Assembly (NCBI GenBank): GCA_021297855.1
Contig: JAJTHM010000012.1
Coordinates: forward strand, 57,591 to 121,590
Length of the DNA: 64,000 nt
Source of the DNA: Sphingobacteriales bacterium
GTDB taxonomy: Bacteria > Bacteroidota > Bacteroidia > Chitinophagales > JADJOU01
Direction: 5' to 3'
How positions within the stretch are numbered: the stretch's first letter is position 1; every line of letters starts with the position of its first letter. This document shows positions 39,029 to 47,733 of this stretch, piece after piece. The position numbers were made by a program, and so were the translations under genes. The notes beneath the pieces were generated by a model. That model saw only the letters and a program-made list of their open reading frames with translations, did no database searches and had not been told where the DNA came from.

Positions 39029-39652
39029 ATGCTAGTTATAGGTGCTAGAGGTTTTGCTAAAGAAGTATTAGGCGTTTTGGATCAGCTAGATACGCTGAGC
39101 AATTTATTTTTCTTTGATAATATTAATACAGAGGACGAATTGTTGTTTAATCAGTTTAAAATTCTACACAGTTTTGCTGAGGTGGAAGAACTTTTTAGAA
39201 AAGATAGTAGATATACTTTAGGGATTGGCAATCCTAATCTAAGATTTAGGTTATATAACGAATTTCAAAAGTATAAAGGAGAAATCACCTCTACCATTAG
39301 CCCCTATGCCAAAATAGCCAAATACGATGTGCATATTGGCAGTGGAGTAAATATAATAACAGGTGCGACTATTGATTGCAGTGTGCAGATAGGAGAAGGC
39401 TGTCTTTTAAATACATCTTGTGTTATAGGTCATGATTCTATTCTTGAGGACTTTGTTGAAGTTTGTCCTGGAGCAGTTATCTCAGGCGGATGTTATATTG
39501 GTACACAATCTTTTATTGGCACCAATGCTACCATCCTACCTCAGGTGAGAATAGGAAACAATTGTACAGTCGCTGCTGGTGCTGTCGTGACGAGAGATGT
39601 TCCAGATAATACCAAAGTATTTGGAGTTCCAGCTATCCCAAAAATAAACTAG
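39029..39652 (+). CDS. NeuD/PglD-family sugar N-acetyltransferase (left-handed beta-helix)
   Basis: N-terminal Rossmann-like MLVIGARGFAKEVLGVL followed by hexapeptide repeats IGSGVNIITGATIDCSVQIGEGCLLNTSCVIGHDS... Confidence 0.82.
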   Translation: MLVIGARGFAKEVLGVLDQLDTLSNLFFFDNINTEDELLFNQFKILHSFAEVEELFRKDSRYTLGIGNPNLRFRLYNEFQKYKGEITSTISPYAKIAKYDVHIGSGVNIITGATIDCSVQIGEGCLLNTSCVIGHDSILEDFVEVCPGAVISGGCYIGTQSFIGTNATILPQVRIGNNCTVAAGAVVTRDVPDNTKVFGVPAIPKIN

Positions 39653-39659
39653 TCTAAGA

Positions 39660-40733
39660 ATGATAATCCATATAATGCCTGATGCAAATTATAGTGTAAA
39701 CTTTATGGATTACATCAATGAGCATTGCGGTAAAAAAGACCATCTTTATATTGCCATTGTTCAAAAATCAAGTTATTACTTTGACTATTACAAGCATATT
39801 GATAATTGCATCGTAATTCAGAATAAGTATGACTATTTTAAATATTTACCTGAGTATCGAAAAGCGGAAAGATTAATTATCCATCAGTTAAATAGACCAG
39901 AGCTAATGTTTTATTGGTTGTTTTTCGATAGGAGTATATTTAATAAGTTAGTTTGGGTCATTTGGGGCTCTGATGTATATGACTATCTATACCAGAGTAG
40001 ATCTTTTAAAGCTAGAATACTTGAATGGTTAAGAAAAAATTTTATAGCTAGAGTAAAGTATATTGCAGCCTATATCTATGAAGATTATCTCCATTGTAAG
40101 AAGATATACCCTTCAAATTCCAAGTATTTTAAGGTCTTATACCCAGGAATTATAGATGTGAAGAATCTGAGAGAGATAGCTTACAGAAAAAAACATGTGG
40201 ATGATAAAGTAAAAATCGTCATTGGAAATTCTGCAGATCCGAGTAATGATCATATAGCTATCTTAGATTATTTGGAAAAATTCAAAAGTGAAAACATACA
40301 ATTGTATCTTATACTTTCTTATGGTGGTACTCGAGAATATATTGATAATGTGAAGGTGAAAGCTAATTCAATTTTTGGAGATAAGGCTATTTTCATGCAA
40401 GAACTCATGACTGAACCTGACTTCTATAGTTTTCTAGATGATACGGATATTGGTATTTTTAATCATAAGCGACAACAAGGTTTAGGAGCTTTGATTCATC
40501 TGGTCTATGCAGGAAAGAAAATGTTTGTGAATTCTAGTAGTAGTACATATACCTACTACAATAGAATAGGAATCAAGATGTATCCGACCGACCAAATACC
40601 AGCTAATGACTATGGTGAATTCATCGCCTTCGACAGAATACAAGGAGAGAAGAATAGAGATGGTATTCTGAGTGAGTTGAATGAGGTGGATAATTTGACT
40701 CAGTGGAAGGCTGTCATTTATGATTCACTTTGA
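39660..40733 (+). CDS. WecF-like glycosyltransferase (GT56, TDP-Fuc4NAc:lipid II transferase family)
   Basis: 357 aa. MIIHIMPDANYSVNF..., VIGNSADPSNDHIAILDYLEKF and LSYGG resemble WecF (GNSGDRSN.H...). Moderate recall-based call. Confidence 0.55.
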   Translation: MIIHIMPDANYSVNFMDYINEHCGKKDHLYIAIVQKSSYYFDYYKHIDNCIVIQNKYDYFKYLPEYRKAERLIIHQLNRPELMFYWLFFDRSIFNKLVWVIWGSDVYDYLYQSRSFKARILEWLRKNFIARVKYIAAYIYEDYLHCKKIYPSNSKYFKVLYPGIIDVKNLREIAYRKKHVDDKVKIVIGNSADPSNDHIAILDYLEKFKSENIQLYLILSYGGTREYIDNVKVKANSIFGDKAIFMQELMTEPDFYSFLDDTDIGIFNHKRQQGLGALIHLVYAGKKMFVNSSSSTYTYYNRIGIKMYPTDQIPANDYGEFIAFDRIQGEKNRDGILSELNEVDNLTQWKAVIYDSL

Positions 40734-40779
40734 TTTGAAGCCTATCGATGTGTTTAGGGCTTTTTAAATATATTTGTAA

Positions 40780-42186
40780 ATGCTAAAGATTTGGATACAT
40801 ACATTTATTTTGTTCTTGGGAGTCATATTGTCTTGGACCTTATCAGATGAACCACTTCAAGCCCTTGGTATTTTCCTGCTTTTATTTTCCATTATTTCGA
40901 GTTTCACACTCAATAAGAATAGAATACTCCTTGAGCCAATAAATTTTTTTAGTTTATTCTCTCTTACAATCGTTTTAGTAGAATTTTACTTTTATCATTA
41001 TGGTTTCCTGAGAAGCAAATTTATCCTAGCTACTACCTTTTCTCAAGATATAGATTACTTATTTACAAAAGCTATCTATCTGATTCTACTTGGATATCTA
41101 TGTGTGTGCTTTTCGTATTTTCTATTTAGAAGGAACATTCATTATGAGATACAACCGATTACCTCAATTAATCAAAGAGGATTGAAGTATTCCATTTGGA
41201 TATTTGGTATTTTATCCGTTTTGAATTTCATCTACATTGTATATCATTTTGCAGGAGGTAATTTAATGGCTTATATGCAGAATGTATCTGTAAGAGAATA
41301 TGAATATATGAGTGGTGGGGTTACTGGTATCTTCCTAGATTTTGGAATTTTTGCCCTCTTTTATTGGATATATTATAATTATCGATATAAGCAAAAATTT
41401 AGCTATTACTTTTTCATTTTTTTAGCCTATGTCATGCTGATGAAATACTCTCAAGGTAGAATTTTTCAAACTATAGGCACTTTGATTGCTATATATATTG
41501 TAACTTACTTTATCTACTTTATACACTCAAAAGGTATTATTATAAAGCAGTTGTTGGGTATTGTAGTACTTGGATTGGTGTCATTAATTCTTTATGCTTA
41601 TAGATTGAGAAGCTCTCTTATATTCAATAGTATGGCGGAGACGGACTTTTTAGATCAGCTGACTCAATTTTTCCAATTTGAGGAATTATCTTTTTATTTG
41701 ATAGAGAAAGGAAATGTTCCCAATATCCCAGTATTTATGAAAATAATAGATTCTTGGGCTGCAGATGTTGGGTATCTCTATGGAGAATCTATATTGTATC
41801 CATTTTATAGATTTCTGCCGAGTGCCATCAGTCCAGAGAATATCTCTGTATCGAATATTGTAAAAAAGGAGTGGTATGTTAATATAGAAGGGGGAGCTCT
41901 GCCTCCTACATGTTTCGGAGAAATGTTTGCCAACGGCAATATATTAGGTTTAATCTTGGGTATGTTGCTCTTTGGGGTATTTATGGCAGTTGTTTACAAC
42001 CTCTTACAACGTTATCGAAATATTGTTTATTTGGTCATTTATGCTATGATAGTATCCTCCTTTTTCTTTATTTATCCTAAGGGAGAGTCTGATAATCTCA
42101 ATTTAATCAGCATTTTTATTTTCTTAGTCACTTATGTATTTATATTAGTATTTTCGTCCCTGTTTTACAGGCAGCCAAGGAAGTAA
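40780..42186 (+). CDS. wzy: oligosaccharide repeat-unit polymerase (Wzy-like) membrane protein
   Basis: 468 aa with more than 10 TM helices, very AT-rich and low conservation, and in the typical locus position. Confidence 0.6.
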   Translation: MLKIWIHTFILFLGVILSWTLSDEPLQALGIFLLLFSIISSFTLNKNRILLEPINFFSLFSLTIVLVEFYFYHYGFLRSKFILATTFSQDIDYLFTKAIYLILLGYLCVCFSYFLFRRNIHYEIQPITSINQRGLKYSIWIFGILSVLNFIYIVYHFAGGNLMAYMQNVSVREYEYMSGGVTGIFLDFGIFALFYWIYYNYRYKQKFSYYFFIFLAYVMLMKYSQGRIFQTIGTLIAIYIVTYFIYFIHSKGIIIKQLLGIVVLGLVSLILYAYRLRSSLIFNSMAETDFLDQLTQFFQFEELSFYLIEKGNVPNIPVFMKIIDSWAADVGYLYGESILYPFYRFLPSAISPENISVSNIVKKEWYVNIEGGALPPTCFGEMFANGNILGLILGMLLFGVFMAVVYNLLQRYRNIVYLVIYAMIVSSFFFIYPKGESDNLNLISIFIFLVTYVFILVFSSLFYRQPRK

Positions 42187-42224
42187 GTTTTATAAAGCCA
42201 AGAGAATAAATTAATTAGAGAGAT

Positions 42225-43361
42225 ATGGCATACCAAGTATGTACCCGATGTGTGATGGATACCACAGATCCAGAAATTGTGTTTAATTCACAAGGGGTTT
42301 GCAATCATTGTATTAAGTTTGATGAGATAACATCTAAAAATTGGTTCCCAACTAAAGAAGGAGAGCAGAAGTTAGCAGCTATTTATGCTAGTATGAAGCA
42401 TGAAAATAGGAACAAAGACTACGATTGTATTCTGGGGCTTAGTGGAGGGGTTGATAGTTCATATTTGGCCTTGAAACTTTTTGATGCTGGAATTCGTCCT
42501 CTAGTGGTGCACGTTGACGGTGGGTGGAATAGTGAGTTAGCTGTACAAAATATTGAGAATATTGTGAATTATTGTGGCTGGCATTTGCATACGATAGTCA
42601 TTGATTGGGAAGAAATGCGCGATTTACAACTAGCCTATATGAAGTCGGGAATTGCCAATCAAGATGTGCCACAGGATCATGCTTTTTTTGCTTCATTATA
42701 CCATTTCGCTACTAAATTTAATATAAATAATGTAATCGGCGGAGGTAATATAGCTACGGAGTGTATTTTCCCAGATGCTTGGCATTGGAGTGCTATGGAT
42801 GCGGAAAATTTGCATGCGATTCATAAAAAATTTGGAAAAATTAAATTGAAAAAATTTAAAACAATTGGCTTTTGGGATTTGTATTTTTATTATCCTTTTA
42901 TCAAAAAAATGAAGACCTTGAGACCACTCAATTATATGCAGTATATTAAATCGGAAGCATTGATTGAGTTGAAGGAAAGAATAGGATATAAGGAATATGC
43001 GAAGAAGCATGGAGAATCTGTATTTACTAAGTTCTTCCAGAATTATTATCTCCCGATGAAATATAATTTCGATAAAAGACGACCACACCTTTCTAGTATG
43101 ATAGTGACAGGCCAATTGACGAGAGAAGATGCTTTAAAAGATTTGGAAAAGCCTCTCTATGATGAGAAGGAATTAGTTTTCGATAAAGAATACATCGCTA
43201 AAAAGCTTGGAGTCTCGAATGCTGAATTTGAAGAGATATTAAACGCACCACCGCATAGCTATAAAGATTTTAATAATATGGAGTCGAAGTACCTTTTCGT
43301 AAAAAAAGTTCAAAATTTCGTTTCTAACCTATTAGGCAGGAAAATCACCAACTATTCTTAA
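42225..43361 (+). CDS. wbpG: N-acetyl sugar amidotransferase (WbpG/PseA family, TIGR03573-like)
   Basis: Zn-ribbon CTRCVMDTTDPEIVFNSQGVCNHC, PP-loop LGLSGGVDSSY, length 378 aa. Confidence 0.85.
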   Translation: MAYQVCTRCVMDTTDPEIVFNSQGVCNHCIKFDEITSKNWFPTKEGEQKLAAIYASMKHENRNKDYDCILGLSGGVDSSYLALKLFDAGIRPLVVHVDGGWNSELAVQNIENIVNYCGWHLHTIVIDWEEMRDLQLAYMKSGIANQDVPQDHAFFASLYHFATKFNINNVIGGGNIATECIFPDAWHWSAMDAENLHAIHKKFGKIKLKKFKTIGFWDLYFYYPFIKKMKTLRPLNYMQYIKSEALIELKERIGYKEYAKKHGESVFTKFFQNYYLPMKYNFDKRRPHLSSMIVTGQLTREDALKDLEKPLYDEKELVFDKEYIAKKLGVSNAEFEEILNAPPHSYKDFNNMESKYLFVKKVQNFVSNLLGRKITNYS

Positions 43362-43372
43362 TTAGTGCATTC

Positions 43373-43981
43373 ATGATAGCCATCCTAGATTATGGAGTAG
43401 GAAATGTAAAATCTATTTCCAATATGTTTAAAAAAATTGGAGTGGAGTCTGTGATTACTTCGGATGAGGAAATTTTAAATTCTGCCTCTAAATATATTCT
43501 ACCAGGAGTAGGTGCTTTTGATTATGGTATGAATCAATTAAAACGTTCTGGAGTTCTTCCTGCATTGGAGAGAGAAGTACTACAAAATAAAAAGCCTATT
43601 TTAGGTATTTGTCTTGGGATGCAGTTATTGACCAATAGAAGCGATGAAGGCATAGAGAATGGCCTTGGCTGGATAGATGCCGAGACCTTGAAATTCAAAC
43701 TAGATACGAATGTTTATCCTATACCCCACATGGGTTGGAACGAAATTCATGCGAAGTCAGATGAAAAATTATTTGTCGACCTACATCAAGAAGCGAGGTT
43801 TTATTTTGTTCACTCCTATTTTGTATCTTGCGCGAAAGAAGAGAATGTAGCAGCTACATGCCATTATGGAGGAAATTTCACGTGTTCTATTCATCGAGAA
43901 AATATTTACGGGGTTCAATTTCACCCAGAAAAAAGTCATAAGTTTGGTATGCGATTATTGAAAAATTTTAGCGAATTGTAA
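43373..43981 (+). CDS. hisH: imidazole glycerol phosphate synthase HisH-like glutamine amidotransferase (LPS-locus paralogue)
   Basis: Class-I GATase with GICLGMQLL (Cys nucleophile) and VQFHPEKS. Confidence 0.85.
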   Translation: MIAILDYGVGNVKSISNMFKKIGVESVITSDEEILNSASKYILPGVGAFDYGMNQLKRSGVLPALEREVLQNKKPILGICLGMQLLTNRSDEGIENGLGWIDAETLKFKLDTNVYPIPHMGWNEIHAKSDEKLFVDLHQEARFYFVHSYFVSCAKEENVAATCHYGGNFTCSIHRENIYGVQFHPEKSHKFGMRLLKNFSEL

Positions 43982-44745
43982 TGTTACAGAAGCGCGTTAT
44001 TCCTTGTTTACTGCTCCACAAAGGAGGACTATATAAAACGGTAAAGTTTAAGAATCCAACCTATATTGGTGATCCAATCAATGCGATTAAGATATTCAAT
44101 GAAAAGGAAGTAGATGAGTTGATGTTTTTAGATATCGATGCTTCCGCTTCCAATAAAGAACCAAACTTTACGCTCATTGAAGATATAGCAAGTGAATGCT
44201 TTATGCCACTGTGTTATGGTGGTGGTGTTAAAACCATAGAGCAGATGAAGCGTATTTATTCTCTCGGGGTTGAAAAAGTATCGTTGAGCGCCAGTGCAGT
44301 ATTGCTTCCCCACCTGATCGAAGAGGCGGCCTCAAGATTTGGAAGGCAGAGTGTCATCGTCACAATAGATGTCAAAAAAGAACTGTTTGGTTCCAAGAAG
44401 GTATATATACACAATGGAAAGACGAATACTAAAATAGGCGTTTTGGATTTTGTAAAAAAAATGGAAGAATGCGGTGCGGGGGAGTTGGTTATTAATTCTA
44501 TAGATAGAGATGGCGCGATGAATGGCTTCGATTTAGAATTGCTATCGGAGATAAAATCGAATACCGCGATTCCAATTATAGCGCTTGGCGGTGCAGGGAA
44601 TATCAATCATATTGCCGAGGTTTTTGAAAAGTGCAAACTAGATGCTGTAGCCTGTGGCAGCATGTTTGTATACCAAGGCCCTTTGAAAGGCGTTTTGATT
44701 AGTTATCCTAAACAAGCTGAAATTATAAGGTTAAACCAATTGTGA
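43981..44745 (+). CDS. hisF: HisF-like cyclase/ammonia-channel subunit (LPS-locus paralogue)
   Basis: RVIPCLLLHKGGLYKTVKF, GGGV, SIDRDGAMNGFDLEL, ALGGAG. Start overlaps the hisH stop. Confidence 0.85.
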   Translation: MLQKRVIPCLLLHKGGLYKTVKFKNPTYIGDPINAIKIFNEKEVDELMFLDIDASASNKEPNFTLIEDIASECFMPLCYGGGVKTIEQMKRIYSLGVEKVSLSASAVLLPHLIEEAASRFGRQSVIVTIDVKKELFGSKKVYIHNGKTNTKIGVLDFVKKMEECGAGELVINSIDRDGAMNGFDLELLSEIKSNTAIPIIALGGAGNINHIAEVFEKCKLDAVACGSMFVYQGPLKGVLISYPKQAEIIRLNQL

Positions 44746-44748
44746 GGC

Positions 44749-45492
44749 ATGAAAAACATTGAAAATTGGAGACCTTCTAAGTTTAAAGTTGTTGCGAATG
44801 AACTTTATCCAAATATAAATAAAGAAAACCCATCTCACGGTTCTTGGTTAGGTATGAAAAGGGTGTGTGAGCATTATAATTTATATTCAAGGACTTATAT
44901 TAAAGGAAAATTAATAGATCTGGGTTGTGGGGAAGTTCCATTTTATCATTTTTATGAAAACCTTGTATCTGAAATTACTACAATAGATTGGGGCAATTCA
45001 GATGCAAGAGTCAATTTTGTTGATTATGAAATGGATTTGAATAAAAGTCTTGACTTGGCCTCAAATAATTACGATACCATCCTTCTTGCTGACGTATTGG
45101 AGCATATTCGGCATCCTACGGTTTTGATACAAGAAATGAGCAGAATACTAAAGCCCGGAGGTCAAGTTGTAATAAATCTACCTTTTATGTACTGCATACA
45201 TGATGCTCCTTATGACTATTTTAGATACACAAACTACAGCCTAAAGTCAATGTTTGAGGACCATGGCTTTGAAGTTAAAGAGATGCATGCAACAGGAGGC
45301 AGTATGGATATCATAACCGATTTAGTGGCTAAAATTATATGCGCAATACCCTTTCTTGGCAATATTATGAGTCTTTATTACCAAAAACTACTTTGGCTTT
45401 TAGTGAAAGTTCCACCGCTAAAACAGATCAATCAAAAAACAAAAACTGCTTGTCCATTTGGTTATTTCGGTGTCTTTAGGAAAAAAATGTGA
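44749..45492 (+). CDS. class I SAM-dependent methyltransferase
   Basis: Motif I LIDLGCGEVP, and post-I/II ILLADVLEHIRHP...LKPGGQVVIN. Confidence 0.8.
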   Translation: MKNIENWRPSKFKVVANELYPNINKENPSHGSWLGMKRVCEHYNLYSRTYIKGKLIDLGCGEVPFYHFYENLVSEITTIDWGNSDARVNFVDYEMDLNKSLDLASNNYDTILLADVLEHIRHPTVLIQEMSRILKPGGQVVINLPFMYCIHDAPYDYFRYTNYSLKSMFEDHGFEVKEMHATGGSMDIITDLVAKIICAIPFLGNIMSLYYQKLLWLLVKVPPLKQINQKTKTACPFGYFGVFRKKM

Positions 45493-46613
45493 TAGGCGCT
45501 ATGAACAATCCCGTTAGAGTTACTCACCTCACTTCAGCACACGATCGATATGATATACGTATTTTCGTAAAAATGTGCTGCTCACTAGCCAAGAATACCA
45601 ATTTTCAGGTTAGTTTGATCGTAGCAGATGGATTAGGTGACGAAGTCATAAATGGAATAAGTATTTATGATGTAGGCAAAAGTAGTAACAGATTCGCTAG
45701 AATATTTGACACATCAAGGAGGGTTGTCGAGAGAGCAATTAAGTTGAATGCAGATATTTATCATTTTCATGATCCTGAATTATTACTTTGGGCAAAGCGT
45801 CTTAAAAAAAATGGGGCAAAAATTATTTATGATGTTCATGAAGATTTGCCGCGCCAATTGCTTTCAAAACCTTATCTCAATCCTTTAGTGCTTAAATTTT
45901 TAGCTAAATTTATTGAAGTTTTTGAAAATTGGGTAGTTAAGAAATGTGATGTAATTATAACTGTAACTCCATTTATTAAGTCGAGATTTTCAGTTTTTCA
46001 TAAGAATGTTTTTATTGTTGCAAATTTTCCGTTGTTGCATGAATTTAAAACAGAAAAATTATCTAAGGAAAATTATGTATGCTATGTAGGTGGCCTCACA
46101 AAAACGCGAGGAGTTTTTGAAATGATTGAATTGGCGAAACACATAAATATCCCATTAAAATTAGCAGGCCCTATTGAAAGTGATGAAGTTTTAAACACCA
46201 TTAATCAATCATCTAATGTTGAATACCTTGGCGTGTTGGGTCGAGAGGAAGTTACTCGATTAGTTTCTAAAGCTAGCGTTGGTCTTTGTATACTTCATCC
46301 AATACCTAATTATAAAGTGGCATATCCAATTAAGGTTTTTGAATATATGGCTGCCCGAACTCCAGTTGTTGCTTCCGATTTTCCATTGTATGCCGAAATC
46401 GTTGAAGGAAATAATTGTGGTTTATGTGTAAACCCATTTGATGTCCCACTAATAGTTCAATCTATCAATTCAATTCTTCAAAGTGATAAGTATGGCGAAG
46501 AATTGGGAGAAAATGGATTAAAGGCTATTTTAAAAAAATATAACTGGACAGAGGAAGAAAATAAACTATTTGAAGTTTATTATAATCTTACAGCTAAAAT
46601 CCAGTTAAACTGA
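45489..46613 (+). CDS. glycosyltransferase family 4 (GT-B)
   Basis: C-terminal EX7E region: PIKVFEYMAARTPVVASDFPLYAEIVEG. The start could be the internal ATG at 45501. Confidence 0.82.
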   Translation: MIGAMNNPVRVTHLTSAHDRYDIRIFVKMCCSLAKNTNFQVSLIVADGLGDEVINGISIYDVGKSSNRFARIFDTSRRVVERAIKLNADIYHFHDPELLLWAKRLKKNGAKIIYDVHEDLPRQLLSKPYLNPLVLKFLAKFIEVFENWVVKKCDVIITVTPFIKSRFSVFHKNVFIVANFPLLHEFKTEKLSKENYVCYVGGLTKTRGVFEMIELAKHINIPLKLAGPIESDEVLNTINQSSNVEYLGVLGREEVTRLVSKASVGLCILHPIPNYKVAYPIKVFEYMAARTPVVASDFPLYAEIVEGNNCGLCVNPFDVPLIVQSINSILQSDKYGEELGENGLKAILKKYNWTEEENKLFEVYYNLTAKIQLN

Positions 46614-46617
46614 ATTA

Positions 46618-47676
46618 ATGAAACCTTACTGCCCTTTTCAGAATGTTTTCAAAAATTTAAAATTAGATTCTAAATTACTTAGACAAATTTTATTTTACAT
46701 TACTATTGTTTCATCTTATAGCTCTTTTTCTCAGAGTAAAAGTGACTTCAAAAGTCTTGATTCATTAATATTACGACTTAATAACCACTCCAAAAAAACA
46801 GAAACTGGCAATGAAACGGTTCAGTACTATGCTGCAATGTTTTATACCAATGCGACGATTTATGGCTATAATTCAAAAGAGGCGAAGCATTACTTGATTA
46901 AGTGTGAAGCAAAAATAGACAGCTTTGGATATGGGTTGGGCTTTGCTTGGGATGCATTTCAAGATGGCACGATAAATGATAAAACGACCAACTATTCCAT
47001 TACGATTACAGAACACATGCTTCCATTGATATACGGATATGAGAACAAAGTGGTTCATAAGAGACGTATCCTCCATATGATAGATGCATTCAAGAAGTTC
47101 CCTTTAGCCGATACCATGAAACAAGGAGATTGTATTGCCTATTCCGATCATGCAAATGATATAGTTGGCTGTGTGCATAATACCAATATTAGTTGTGCTA
47201 AGTTTATAGAAAGGCTAAAGAAGTCCGGACTGGCGGATAAATCATTAAAAAAACTTCAAGAGAGAATTATTCAAAGAGAAATCAACTCCTTTCTGGAAAA
47301 GGATACCAGTTATTATTATTGGGATAAAGACTCTATTCTTTGCGACCAAAATCACCTTTCCAGCACAGCCTTGCAGATGTTTGATATCCCAAATCCAATT
47401 TTGAAGAGAATAGCCTTATTGCTTAATGAGAAAATACATAAACACAAGGAAAAAAATGTCAAGTCCTTGATAGGACAGTGTGCCATACTATCAATTGATG
47501 ATAAACACTATGAAGAAATGTACAAGGTGGTAAATGAATTATTAGATAAAAGATCAGATTATCTAGATTTTGATGATTATAGATTTGATAATCCAATGGT
47601 TAGTGCAAGTATTAATTATTATTTTTGCCTTTTGAGGGAGAAATGGGTCAAAGAAATAAAAAAGCAAAAATTGTAA
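46618..47676 (+). CDS. hypothetical membrane-anchored/exported protein of unknown function within the glycan locus
   Basis: 352 aa with an N-terminal anchor LRQILFYITIVSSYSSFSQ. The predicted helical repeat character (GLGFAWDAFQDG...) gives a weak alpha/alpha-toroid impression only. Confidence 0.5.
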   Translation: MKPYCPFQNVFKNLKLDSKLLRQILFYITIVSSYSSFSQSKSDFKSLDSLILRLNNHSKKTETGNETVQYYAAMFYTNATIYGYNSKEAKHYLIKCEAKIDSFGYGLGFAWDAFQDGTINDKTTNYSITITEHMLPLIYGYENKVVHKRRILHMIDAFKKFPLADTMKQGDCIAYSDHANDIVGCVHNTNISCAKFIERLKKSGLADKSLKKLQERIIQREINSFLEKDTSYYYWDKDSILCDQNHLSSTALQMFDIPNPILKRIALLLNEKIHKHKEKNVKSLIGQCAILSIDDKHYEEMYKVVNELLDKRSDYLDFDDYRFDNPMVSASINYYFCLLREKWVKEIKKQKL

Positions 47677-47733
47677 ATCATTAAACCCCAATATTGTATT
47701 AGTTTTGTCCAAAATTATTAAACTGAAGCAAAT

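Noticed and set aside
42696-44606. Minus-strand ORFs 42696-43115, 44128-44313 and 44256-44606 opposite the wbpG and hisF-like genes
   Set aside because: They lie opposite CDSs with clear catalytic motifs and have no recognisable features. Long antisense ORFs are expected in AT-rich DNA.
43373-44745. hisH/hisF as histidine-biosynthesis genes
   Set aside because: They sit directly after a WbpG-type amidotransferase inside a glycan locus with no other his genes. This is the known LPS-locus paralogue arrangement, not the his operon.
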